In this document: positions 42,051 to 51,490 of the stretch, one piece after another
Layout: each line of letters starts with the position of its first letter
Position numbering within the stretch: the first letter of the stretch is position 1
Assembly (NCBI GenBank): GCA_965115825.1
Contig: OZ220464.1
Span: forward strand, 1,221,306-1,285,305
From: Dehalococcoidia bacterium
GTDB lineage: Bacteria > Chloroflexota > Dehalococcoidia > Lucifugimonadales > UBA3495
Length of the DNA: 64,000 nt
Direction: 5' to 3'
The notes under the pieces: generated by a model
Told to the model about the DNA's origin: nothing
Database searches by the model: none
The model's input: the letters and a program-made list of their open reading frames with translations, nothing else
Translations under genes and position numbers: made by a program

Positions 42051-44711
42051 ATGACCGCCATTGCATTCGAGAAACACACGCTGCCTAACGGGTTGGACGT
42101 CATCCTGCATCAGGATCGTTCAATTCCGGTGGCGGCCGTCAACGTCTGGTATCACGTGGGTTCCAAGGATGAGGAGGTAGGGCGCACGGGGTTTGCGCAT
42201 TTGTTTGAGCACATTATGTTTCGGGGCACCAGGCACCACAAGGCGAGTCATTTTGAGCCTTTGCAGAGGATTGGAGCAACGCTGAACGGCTCCACCACCG
42301 GCGACCGCACCAACTATTGGGAGGACGTGCCGTCCAACTATCTGGAGCTGGCGCTGTGGCTGGAGGCCGACCGCATGGGCTTCCTGCTGGACGCCCTGGA
42401 TCAGGAGGGGTTCGACACGGAGCGCGACGTGGTGAAGAACGAAAGGCGTCAGAGCTACGAAAACCGGCCCTACGGAATGGCGCAGTGGCACATCCAGCAG
42501 GCGCTGTTTCCGCTGCCCCATCCCTACCACTGGATGACCATCGGCTCGCAGGAAGATCTGGATGCCGCCAGCCTGGACGACGTGAAGGACTTTTTCCGCC
42601 GCTACTATTCGCCGTCCAACGCCAGCCTGGCCATCGCGGGGGACATTGAAGTTGACGCGGCGTTGGCTCTTGCGGAACGATATTTCGCCGACCTGCCGCC
42701 CGGCCCGGCGGCCCGGCGCATCGGGCGGGCCGATTCGCCTTTGGCCGGCCGGGTTGACCTGGAGATGACCGACCGGGTTACGCTGCCGCGTCTTTATTCG
42801 GTATGGCTGGCTCCGGCCAACCTGTCGGGGGATGACGCTGCCGGGGACATCCTGCGGGCCATTCTGTCCGATGGGCAGAGCAGCCGGATGTATCGCGCGC
42901 TGGTGTATGAGAAGCAGATTGCGCAATCGGCATCGGTGAGTTACTACGCCGCCGAAATCGCCGGCCAGTTTCGCATGGAGCTGACGCCGGCGGAGGGTCG
43001 CACGCTGGAGGAGGTGGAGGAGGCCGCGGAGGAAGTACTGTCCAGCATCATCGCCGAGCCGCCCACGGATGAGGAGTTTGAGCGGGCCATTAACCGCATT
43101 GAGATGCAGCATTATCGGATGCTGTCACGCGTGGGCGGGTTCGGCGGGCGCGCCGACGCCCTCAACTATTTCAACGTCTTTACCGGGGAGCCCGACGGCT
43201 TGAATAGAGCTATGGACGACTACCGCAGCGTTACGCGGGAAGACGTGCTGCGCGTGCACCGGCAAATTATGGACGGCGGGCAGGTTCGGATGCGGGTGTA
43301 CCCTGAACGCTCTTTGAGCGCCGCCACAACGGGCGTTGACCGCAGCAAGCAGCCGGCCGGCGGGCCGACGCCGGCCTTCACGCCGCCGGTTCCGCAGCGG
43401 CGCCGCCTGAACAACGGCATGGAGGTGATTGTCGCCAACAAGCCGGGGCTGCCGCTGGTGTCCTTTGCCATTATGGCTCACGCGGGGGCCACCGGCGACC
43501 CAACCGAGCTGCCCGGGCTGGCGTCCTTCACGGCGGCGATGATGGATGAAGGCACGTCCGCCCGCAGCAGTCAGGAAATCGCCGCCGCTTTCGAGCATAT
43601 CGGGGCGAGGCTGTCCATAACAGCGCGCAAGGAACTGACCCTGCTGACGTCGGAGACGCTCAACCGGCACTGGCAGCACGCGCTGGGTTTGAGCGCCGAC
43701 GTGGCCCGCAACGCCAACTTCCCGGAGCACGAGCTGGAACGGGTGCGCCGGGAACGGCTGACCGACCTGCGCCGGGCCAGGGACGATGCCGGTTTTCTCG
43801 CCGACTCCAACTTTGGCGCGCTGGTGTTCGGGCCGGGTTCTCCCTACGCTCATTCCAACCTGGGCAGCGAGGCTGCCGTGGCCGCGGCCCAGCGTTCCAA
43901 CCTGGCCGCGCAGCATCGTAGGGACTGGCGGCCTGACCGTCTGTGTCTGCTGGTGGCCGGCGACGTGGCCCTGGATGAAGCGATGGCCGCCGCCGAAGCG
44001 TATTTCGGCGACTGGGCGGCGCCGGCGGAACCGGCGGCCGGCATCAGCCCCGGCGATGGGTCGGACACCGGCGACGGCCCTCGCATCTACCTGATTGACA
44101 AGCCGGGGGCGGCGCAGTCAGTCATTCGCGCCGGTATGTCGCTGACGGAACGCAGCCATCCCGACTTTATGGCTCTGTCGGCGCTGAACTATGCTTTCGG
44201 CGGACAGTTTTCGGCGCGGCTGAATCAAAACCTGCGGCAGGACAAGGGCTATTCGTATGGGTACAACTCCGGCATATCCTGGTACAACGCGCCGTCGCTG
44301 CTGTCGGCCGGAGGCAGCGTGCAAACGGCAGTGACCAGGGAGGCGGTCAGTGAGACACTGCGGGAGTTTGCCGACATCAGCGGCCAACGGTCTTTGACCG
44401 CCGAGGAACTGGAGGACGCGCGGAACGGGCTGCGGCTGGGCTACCCGGCCGGCTTTGAGCGTCCGGCGCAGCTGCTGGGGCAACTGGTGACCTTGGCGCA
44501 GTTCGGCCTGCCCGACGACTACTTCTGCGCTTTCGAAGAACGACTGTCCGGCGTAACTCTGGATGATACGCACCGCGTCGGCGCGCAATACCTGTCGCCA
44601 TCGCGCCTGGCCGTGCTGGTAGCAGGCGACCGGGAGCAGGTGGAAGAGCCGCTGCGGGAGCTGGGGTACGGGCTTACGTTGCTGGATGCGGAAGGGATGA
44701 CAATTTGCTAA
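42051..44711 (+). CDS. M16-family (pitrilysin/insulinase-like) zinc peptidase, double-length
   Basis: HLFEH (HxxEH) zinc motif near the N-terminus. Two M16 active/inactive domain pairs in about 886 aa. Confidence 0.9.
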   Translation: MTAIAFEKHTLPNGLDVILHQDRSIPVAAVNVWYHVGSKDEEVGRTGFAHLFEHIMFRGTRHHKASHFEPLQRIGATLNGSTTGDRTNYWEDVPSNYLELALWLEADRMGFLLDALDQEGFDTERDVVKNERRQSYENRPYGMAQWHIQQALFPLPHPYHWMTIGSQEDLDAASLDDVKDFFRRYYSPSNASLAIAGDIEVDAALALAERYFADLPPGPAARRIGRADSPLAGRVDLEMTDRVTLPRLYSVWLAPANLSGDDAAGDILRAILSDGQSSRMYRALVYEKQIAQSASVSYYAAEIAGQFRMELTPAEGRTLEEVEEAAEEVLSSIIAEPPTDEEFERAINRIEMQHYRMLSRVGGFGGRADALNYFNVFTGEPDGLNRAMDDYRSVTREDVLRVHRQIMDGGQVRMRVYPERSLSAATTGVDRSKQPAGGPTPAFTPPVPQRRRLNNGMEVIVANKPGLPLVSFAIMAHAGATGDPTELPGLASFTAAMMDEGTSARSSQEIAAAFEHIGARLSITARKELTLLTSETLNRHWQHALGLSADVARNANFPEHELERVRRERLTDLRRARDDAGFLADSNFGALVFGPGSPYAHSNLGSEAAVAAAQRSNLAAQHRRDWRPDRLCLLVAGDVALDEAMAAAEAYFGDWAAPAEPAAGISPGDGSDTGDGPRIYLIDKPGAAQSVIRAGMSLTERSHPDFMALSALNYAFGGQFSARLNQNLRQDKGYSYGYNSGISWYNAPSLLSAGGSVQTAVTREAVSETLREFADISGQRSLTAEELEDARNGLRLGYPAGFERPAQLLGQLVTLAQFGLPDDYFCAFEERLSGVTLDDTHRVGAQYLSPSRLAVLVAGDREQVEEPLRELGYGLTLLDAEGMTIC

Positions 44712-44748
44712 AATCTCCACAAGCGCCACGACAGCATTGGAGCCACAA

Positions 44749-47187
44749 ATGGATACAAAAACGTTGTGCAGCAAGCTACTCTATGCCGACAGCGAAGAGG
44801 TAGTAGTGAAAACCTTGCAGGAAGCCGGCTACTGGGATGCCCCAATTGCTTGGCGTCCTTACGGCGATTTGGAGAATAACTACGGCACCATAGGCAACCA
44901 ACAGAGCGAGGCAGTGGCCGCACTGGTTGAAAAGGCCGTTAATGCGATTGACGCGCGCCTAATGAACAAATGCTTGATTGAGGGAGAAGATCCGGAATCG
45001 CCGCAAGCGCCTCAATCCATACGGGAGGCAGTGCATCGCTATTTTGGGGACGGGGGTAGGTTCGACCCCGACCGCAGTGGCCGCTTGTCCAGTTGGTCCA
45101 ACGGCAAGCTGAACTCGGAAGGCGACTTTATAACGATAACCGCCACTGGTGCCCGTCCCGAAAGGCGCGGCCGCCGCCGCAACACTCACCCGTCACTAAC
45201 TATTGCCGACTACGGCGAGGGACAGACGCCGGATAACTTCCCTAACACCTTCCTATCGTTGCATCGCAACAATAAGATACGAACCCGGTTTGTGCAAGGC
45301 AAATTCAATATGGGAGCAACTGGAGCTCTGCCATATTGCAGTGAGAGGTACAATTTTCAGTTGATTATCTCGCGGCGTAACCCGGCATTAATAAACAACC
45401 ATTCGTCGGCCAGGGGCCGGGAATGGGGCTTCACCATCGTGCGACGCATTGAGCCGTCCAACGATTCTCGCAGCTCGGTATTCCAATATTTGGCACCAGT
45501 GTGCTCTAACGATTCAGAATACGGGGAAGTACTATCGTTTCCCGCCGAAAGGTTCCCCGTTTTTCCCGACCGACAAGGCTCATACAATCGGTACTCAGAA
45601 TATGGTTCACTGGTCAAATTGTACGAATACCGTTGGCAAGGAACCAGCTCCAGCATCATCATGCCAAGCGACGGAAGTGGATTAATTCGTCGCATAGAAA
45701 TCGCTCTCGCCGAGCCGGCTTTGCCAATTAAACTGTACGAATGCCGGGGATACAGCTCCAACGAGAATTACCGCATTGCCCGCGGCATACTTACCGATCT
45801 CGAACGGAACCCTGGTGATTTGGAAAAGGACTTTCCCCAAAGCGCCGACCTCGGCATCCGCAGCCACCAAGTGCAGGTTCGCGTTTTTGCCTTCAAACCG
45901 GGCGCATACCAGAGCCACCGCACCGCTCGCCATGGTGTTCTGTTTCTCTATAATGGGCAATTGCATGCCGCTTACCCGACACGTTTTTTCAGTCGCCAAA
46001 GTGTCCGCAAGAGCTATCTTGCCAACGACTTGCTGGTGACGGTCGATTGCAGCAGCATTGGGCGTCGTGATTTTGAAGAGTTGTTCATGAATAGCCGCGA
46101 TCGTTTGCGGGCGGATTCTCAGCTATCCACTGACATAGAAAGAAAGCTTGAGGAATTTCTACTTGACAGCGAAACCCTGCGCCTCCTGGAAAAGCAACGC
46201 CGTGACGCTGCTATTGCCAGCAAGTACGACGATGATAGTCTCCGCGAGGATTTGTTGAAAGAAATTCTCGCCAATAATCCGGAAATATCAAAGTACTTGC
46301 TGGAAGGTACAACAGTTGTGCGAACTGGACGTGGGCCTCGCCCCGATCAGAACGGAGAGTTTGTAGGCAAGCAGTTTCCAACCTACTTCAAACCGAAGCG
46401 ACTGGAGTGGGGAGTCGGCGTAGGTCGAACTGTCGCGCTGGAGTTTGAAACTGATGCTGAAAATAACTACTTCGACCGCAGTATCTCCCCCGGTAGTTGG
46501 TCAATCGTGGACGACAGCGGCAATGCTTGGACTAATTACTGGGATCGTACAGGTCCAACTAACGGCACTGCTCGCTTTCGTTGGGACACGGGTGTTTTGC
46601 CGCCTTCGCTCATAAAACCGGGCGATAGATTCAATTTTACTGTTGCAGTTGCTGACGAATCTCGCATCGACCAACTAGAAAGTGCGGTCAGAGTTAGCAT
46701 CATTGAACCCATGACCGGTGGCGGCGGCGGTCCTCACAAAAACCGAGGTGGCGCTGAAAGCGTCACGTCGCCTAATATCTACGAAGTGTACGAACACGAA
46801 TGGGAATCTCATTCATTGGGGCCATTCTCTGAGAAAACGGCTGTCCGTATCGCCGTCGATTCGTCGAATATAGACACTGGAGAATCTTGGGATTTTTATG
46901 TCAATGCGGATAACGAGTATATCCATCATCATAGCCGACGAAAAAACCAGCCCCTTGATGCGACACGTAGGACTTTCTCCACTGCGGTAGTCTTCCTGGC
47001 ACTAGCAGTAATTCGAGGCGAATTAGAAGCTAATACCAGCAATGCAGGCAGTAACGATCAAGCGGCCGAGTCTCCCATCGAGGACATTCCGCTCATTGTT
47101 GACCGCATCACGCGATACATAGCTCCGGTTCTTTTACCAGTGATTGATTCTATCGGATCAGATAATAGCGGTGATCCCTCCAGCTAA
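44749..47187 (+). CDS. GHKL-superfamily (MORC/HATPase_c_3-like) ATPase, large uncharacterised C-terminal region
   Basis: 812 aa from ATG 44749 (GGAG 8 nt upstream). Bergerat-fold motifs appear in order: EKAVNAIDA (N-box), IADYGEGQ (G1), GKFNMGATG (G2). The gene is markedly AT-richer than both neighbours. Confidence 0.7.
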   Translation: MDTKTLCSKLLYADSEEVVVKTLQEAGYWDAPIAWRPYGDLENNYGTIGNQQSEAVAALVEKAVNAIDARLMNKCLIEGEDPESPQAPQSIREAVHRYFGDGGRFDPDRSGRLSSWSNGKLNSEGDFITITATGARPERRGRRRNTHPSLTIADYGEGQTPDNFPNTFLSLHRNNKIRTRFVQGKFNMGATGALPYCSERYNFQLIISRRNPALINNHSSARGREWGFTIVRRIEPSNDSRSSVFQYLAPVCSNDSEYGEVLSFPAERFPVFPDRQGSYNRYSEYGSLVKLYEYRWQGTSSSIIMPSDGSGLIRRIEIALAEPALPIKLYECRGYSSNENYRIARGILTDLERNPGDLEKDFPQSADLGIRSHQVQVRVFAFKPGAYQSHRTARHGVLFLYNGQLHAAYPTRFFSRQSVRKSYLANDLLVTVDCSSIGRRDFEELFMNSRDRLRADSQLSTDIERKLEEFLLDSETLRLLEKQRRDAAIASKYDDDSLREDLLKEILANNPEISKYLLEGTTVVRTGRGPRPDQNGEFVGKQFPTYFKPKRLEWGVGVGRTVALEFETDAENNYFDRSISPGSWSIVDDSGNAWTNYWDRTGPTNGTARFRWDTGVLPPSLIKPGDRFNFTVAVADESRIDQLESAVRVSIIEPMTGGGGGPHKNRGGAESVTSPNIYEVYEHEWESHSLGPFSEKTAVRIAVDSSNIDTGESWDFYVNADNEYIHHHSRRKNQPLDATRRTFSTAVVFLALAVIRGELEANTSNAGSNDQAAESPIEDIPLIVDRITRYIAPVLLPVIDSIGSDNSGDPSS

Positions 47188-47927
47188 TCACTAATGCAGT
47201 GTTCAAGCGCGCTCCGCTGCGCGGCGAATAGTTGCTCGGTTCCCGGCGCGGCTAGCGCTATTGCTTCGGCCACCTGTTGGCGTGGAAACGGGGCGCCCTC
47301 GGCGGTGGCCTGGATTTCCACCAGGCGGCCGGTGTCCGTCAGCACGATGTTGAAGTCGGCGACGGCGGCGGAGTCCTCGGCATAGTTCAAGTCCAGCAGC
47401 AGGTTGCCGTCCAGCAGGCCGACGCTGACGGCGGCTACGGCACAGCGCAGGGGAACGCGCTCCAGCTTGCCGTCAGCTACCAGCCCCTGCAACGCCTGAC
47501 GGAGGGCCACGTATGCGCCGGTGATGGCGGCGGCGCGCGTCCCGCCATCGGCTCGCAGCACGTCGCAGTCCAGGTAAATGGCGCGCTCGCCCAGGGCCGG
47601 CAGGTCGGTGGCGGCGCGGAGTGAACGCCCGATGAGTCGCTGGATTTCCTGGGAACGGCTGGCGATGCGCCCGGCGTCCCGGTCTCTGGGGCGGCGGGAT
47701 GACGTGGCCCGGGGCAGCATATCGTACTCGGCGGTGACCCAGCCCGTCCCGCGTCCGCGCATCCAGCGGGGCGTCTGTTCTTCCACCGAGGCCGCGCAAA
47801 GCACTGCGGTATCGCCCATCTCAATCATCGCTGAACCTTCCGCATGGGGCTGGCAGCCGGGCGTGATGCGTACCGGGCGCAGTTGGTTGGCCCGGCGTCC
47901 GTCGGGGCGCAGGAATTCGTCGGTCAT
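47184..47927 (-). CDS. rph: ribonuclease PH
   Basis: 247 aa with [23 protein letters not shown] and [12 protein letters not shown] blocks. Confidence 0.95.
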   Translation of the reverse strand: MTDEFLRPDGRRANQLRPVRITPGCQPHAEGSAMIEMGDTAVLCAASVEEQTPRWMRGRGTGWVTAEYDMLPRATSSRRPRDRDAGRIASRSQEIQRLIGRSLRAATDLPALGERAIYLDCDVLRADGGTRAAAITGAYVALRQALQGLVADGKLERVPLRCAVAAVSVGLLDGNLLLDLNYAEDSAAVADFNIVLTDTGRLVEIQATAEGAPFPRQQVAEAIALAAPGTEQLFAAQRSALEHCISD

Positions 47928-48098
47928 ATCGTAGCCATCCTTTCGTAGTTATCTTTATCGTAGCCATCCTCGCTGGCGTCGCATACAGTGTAACCTACGT
48001 TTGACACCGCCGCCGGCCCGCCGGATAATGCCGACATCCCGGACGGGGAGCGCTTGGCGTTGGATGAGCCTTGTCGTCGCCGGCCGCGACCGATTGCT

Positions 48099-49532
48099 AT
48101 GGCCAGTCTGAACCCACAACCTTACCTCCCGGCGCCCGCCGGCGACATCGGCCTGCTCACCGATTTTTACGAGCTGACCATGGCGCAGTCCTACTTTGCC
48201 GAGGGCATGGATGGCGAAGCGACGTTCAGCCTCTACGTGCGGGAATACCCGCCCCAACGGGGTTACCTGGTGGCCGCCGGCATTGACGACGCTCTGGACT
48301 GTTTGGCTGCCCTGTCATTTAACGACGCCAGCGTGGACTATCTGCGCTCGACGGGCGCGTTCGCTGATGACTTTCTGGACTATCTTCGTGGTTTTCGCTT
48401 CGCCGGCAGCGTGCGCGCCATGGCCGAGGGCAGTCTGTTTTTCACCGACGAGCCCGTGCTGGAAGTTACCGGCCCCATTATTGCGGCGCAGCTGGCCGAG
48501 ACCATCGTCATCAATCAGATTCAGTACCAAACCTTGCTGGCCACCAAGTCGGCTCGCTGCGTAACGGCGGCGGAGGGCCGGCCGCTTGCCGATTTTGCGT
48601 CCCGGCGCACCCACGGCTCCGAGGCGGCTCTGCGGATGGCGCGGGCCTCTTTCATCGCCGGGTTCAGCGCCACCAGCAACGTGCTGGCCGCCCGACGCTA
48701 CGGCATACCGCCCACGGGAACAATGGCCCATTCCTACATCACGAGCTTTGCCGACGAAGCGGCCGCCTTTCGCGCTTACGCCCGCCGGTTCCCAGACCGC
48801 AGCATCCTGCTGCTGGACACCTACGATACCGTCAACGCAGCCCACATCGCGGCGCAGGTCGGCAAAGAGATGGCGGACGACGGCCATCGCCTCACCGGCG
48901 TGCGACTGGACTCCGGCGACTTTGACGCGCTGAGCCGGCAGGTGCGCCGCATCCTGGACGATGCCGGGCTGGACTATGTGCGCATCGTCGCCAGCGGCGG
49001 CCTGGACGAGTATGAGCTGGAGCGGCTGGCGCAATCCGGCGCGCCCATTGATATGTTCGGCGTGGGGACGCGGGTAGGGGTGTCTGCCGATGCGCCCTGG
49101 TGCGACATGGTCTATAAGATGGTGTGCTGCGACGGGCGGCCGGTAATGAAGCTCAGCGCAGGCAAGGCGTCTCTGCCCGGCGGCAAGCAGGTGTTCCGCC
49201 AATGCGACACCGACAGCAGGATGGCCGGCGACGTCATCTCGCTGGAGGATGAGATCCTAGAGCATGGCGAGCCTCTGCTGGCGTTGGCCATGTCCGACGG
49301 GCGGCGGACGAATCCGCCGAGTCCCATAGACGATGCCCGGCAGCGCGTCGCTGATGGACTGGCCGCGCTGCCCGCTCAGTACAAAAAGCTGCGGGAGCCG
49401 GCGCGCTATCCGGTATCTCTGAGCCACGGAGCGGCGCGGCTGGAACGGCAGACCCGCCGCGCCATATCCGCCGTACCATTCCCGTACCCTCCCACGCACC
49501 ATTACGGGGAACATAATCCCGAAGGAGCATAG
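48099..49532 (+). CDS. pncB: nicotinate phosphoribosyltransferase
   Basis: LLTDFYELTMAQSYF at the N-terminus and GTMAHSYI in the catalytic region. ATG 48099 chosen within track ORF 48054-49532. Confidence 0.9.
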   Translation: MASLNPQPYLPAPAGDIGLLTDFYELTMAQSYFAEGMDGEATFSLYVREYPPQRGYLVAAGIDDALDCLAALSFNDASVDYLRSTGAFADDFLDYLRGFRFAGSVRAMAEGSLFFTDEPVLEVTGPIIAAQLAETIVINQIQYQTLLATKSARCVTAAEGRPLADFASRRTHGSEAALRMARASFIAGFSATSNVLAARRYGIPPTGTMAHSYITSFADEAAAFRAYARRFPDRSILLLDTYDTVNAAHIAAQVGKEMADDGHRLTGVRLDSGDFDALSRQVRRILDDAGLDYVRIVASGGLDEYELERLAQSGAPIDMFGVGTRVGVSADAPWCDMVYKMVCCDGRPVMKLSAGKASLPGGKQVFRQCDTDSRMAGDVISLEDEILEHGEPLLALAMSDGRRTNPPSPIDDARQRVADGLAALPAQYKKLREPARYPVSLSHGAARLERQTRRAISAVPFPYPPTHHYGEHNPEGA

Positions 49533-49537
49533 TACTA

Positions 49538-51415
49538 ATGAAAATAGCTGTCTGCGTCAAATATGTTCCCGTGGTTTCCCGAATACAGTTCGACTATGAA
49601 AACAAGGTTATCCGGCGGGAAGGCGTACCTTCGGAAATCAACCCCTTTGACCTGCTGGGCATCAATATGGCGGTGGACTTGAAAGACGGCGACGCCGACA
49701 GCGTGGTGGCCCTGTCCATGGGGCCGCCCAACGCTGCCGAGGGACTGACGCAGTGCCGCGCTCTGGGCGCAGACCGGGCCATATTGCTCTCCGACCGGGC
49801 GCTGGCCGGCAGCGATACCCTCGCTACGGCGCAAGCGCTCTCTCTGGCGTTGCAGCGGGAAGCCCCCGACCTCATCGTGTGCGGACGCAACAGCAGCGAC
49901 GCCGAAACCGGGCAGGTGGGGCCGGAAATTGCCGAGCTGATGGGCCTGCCGCACGTCAGCAATGTCCGCAAGCTGGAAGTCAACCGCGCGGCCAACCGCA
50001 TCACGGTGGAGCGGGTAACCGACGAAGGCTACCAGGTGCTGGAATGTCCCTTGCCGGCTGTGGTCTGCGTAACCGAGGGAGCCGGGCAGGAGCGTTACCC
50101 GGGCCGGGATGAGATGACCGCCGCCCAGGAGAAAGCCGTTGAACAACTCACCTGCGCCGACTTGACCGACGATCTGTCTCTCTTCGGCCTGGCGGGTTCT
50201 CCCACCTGGGTTGAAGACATCCGGCTGGTGGAGCCTGACCGTCTGGGCCTGGTAATCCGCGACGAAACGCCGGAAGAGGCCGCCCGACAGATTGCCGAGC
50301 GCCTCGGCGAACGCCTGACCGCGCTGGCCGCCAATGCCGGGCGGAATGTCGGCGACGCGGAACTTCCTAGCTACGCCGGCGGAGACCGGCCCATCTGGGT
50401 GGTGGTCGAGCTGGCCTCTGATGCTGACGGAACCCTGGGCGTGCGGCAGGTTACGCTGGAAATGCTGGGCAAAGCCCGCTCCCTCACGCCCATAACTGAG
50501 AGCGAGGTCGTGGCTGTCGTCATCAGCGACGCCCTGAGCGATGATGCCGGCAAGGCCGCCATCATGCGCCAACTCGCCGCCGCCGGCGCAGACCGAGCGC
50601 TGACGCTGGACAGCAGCGGGTTGGGGCCGATTTGCGGGCGGGGCGTCGCCAACAGCCTGGCCGACGCCATCGCCGCCAATCCGCCCTACGCTGCGCTTTT
50701 CGCCGCCACCGCCGACGGGCGAGACCTGGCAGCCCGCATCGCCGCCCGCCTGCGTCTCGGGCTTACCGGCGACGCCATTGACCTGGAAATCAACGACGCG
50801 GGCCAGCTGGTGCAGCTCAAGCCGGCTCTGGGAGGTAACGTTGTCGCGCCCATCTTGTCTAAAACGCTGCCTAATCTGGCAACGCTGCGCCCCGGCGTAC
50901 TGACGGCGCCCACGTCCAAAGCCGGCGCTAAAACGATACGGATAGATGCCATCCTTCCAGCAGCTGCATCAGGCGTCGACGCAACGCTAGTCGGAGAACA
51001 TTTCTCCGCAGAGCGCGGCGCGCTGGAGCTGACATCAGCGGAGGTAGTGGTCGGCCTTGGCATGGGGGTTGGCGAGGATGGCATAGCGACGGCGCAGCGG
51101 CTGGCGTCCGGCATTGGCGCGTCCATCTGCACTACACGCAACGTGGTTCATTCGGGGTGGCTGCCCCATCACGTTCAGGTGGGCATCAGCGGGCGGACGA
51201 TTGCGCCGCAGGTGTATCTGGCGGTAGGCATTCGGGGCGCATTCAACCACACCGTAGGCATCCAGAAAGCCGGCGTGATTCTGGCCATCAACCGCAACCA
51301 CCGGGCAGCCATATTCCGCGCCGCCGACTACGGCATCGTGGGCGACTGGCGCGAATATCTGCCGGCGGTAGTGGAGGCTATCAAGCCGGTTTTGGCCGAG
51401 CATGGGCTGGGGTGA
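49538..51415 (+). CDS. fused electron-transfer flavoprotein, EtfB-like N-terminal half and EtfA-like C-terminal half
   Basis: 625 aa. The N-terminal half has MKIAVCVKYVP...SDRALAGSDTLATAQAL...GRNSSDAETGQVGPEIAELMGLPHV (beta subunit). The C-terminal half has VVGLGMGV...YLAVGIRGAFNHTVGIQKAGVILAINRN...DYGIVGD (alpha subunit FAD domain). Confidence 0.85.
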   Translation: MKIAVCVKYVPVVSRIQFDYENKVIRREGVPSEINPFDLLGINMAVDLKDGDADSVVALSMGPPNAAEGLTQCRALGADRAILLSDRALAGSDTLATAQALSLALQREAPDLIVCGRNSSDAETGQVGPEIAELMGLPHVSNVRKLEVNRAANRITVERVTDEGYQVLECPLPAVVCVTEGAGQERYPGRDEMTAAQEKAVEQLTCADLTDDLSLFGLAGSPTWVEDIRLVEPDRLGLVIRDETPEEAARQIAERLGERLTALAANAGRNVGDAELPSYAGGDRPIWVVVELASDADGTLGVRQVTLEMLGKARSLTPITESEVVAVVISDALSDDAGKAAIMRQLAAAGADRALTLDSSGLGPICGRGVANSLADAIAANPPYAALFAATADGRDLAARIAARLRLGLTGDAIDLEINDAGQLVQLKPALGGNVVAPILSKTLPNLATLRPGVLTAPTSKAGAKTIRIDAILPAAASGVDATLVGEHFSAERGALELTSAEVVVGLGMGVGEDGIATAQRLASGIGASICTTRNVVHSGWLPHHVQVGISGRTIAPQVYLAVGIRGAFNHTVGIQKAGVILAINRNHRAAIFRAADYGIVGDWREYLPAVVEAIKPVLAEHGLG

Positions 51416-51417
51416 GG

Positions 51418-51447
51418 TTGCGTAGACGCCTGTAAAGACGCTACAAT
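51418..51447 (+). promoter_or_regulatory. candidate sigma70-type promoter of the helicase gene
   Basis: TTGCGT (51418-51423), an 18-nt spacer, then TACAAT (51442-51447), 44 nt before the ATG. Confidence 0.3.
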
Positions 51448-51490
51448 GGCGAGAAGATGAGCAGCAATACGAAAAGGGAGGAAAACGGCG

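Noticed and set aside
47927-47970. 15-nt direct repeat TATCGTAGCCATCCT (47927-47941 and 47956-47970) duplicating the rph RBS/start context
   Set aside because: It is real in the sequence, but short and without further structure. It is most simply a small slippage duplication in the rph-pncB divergent promoter region.
49535-50572. 345-aa minus-strand ORF opposite the ETF fusion; similar shadows at 56113-56916, 56987-57919, 58191-59087 and 61212-61886
   Set aside because: All are antisense to genes with strong family motifs and show typical high-GC shadow-ORF composition.
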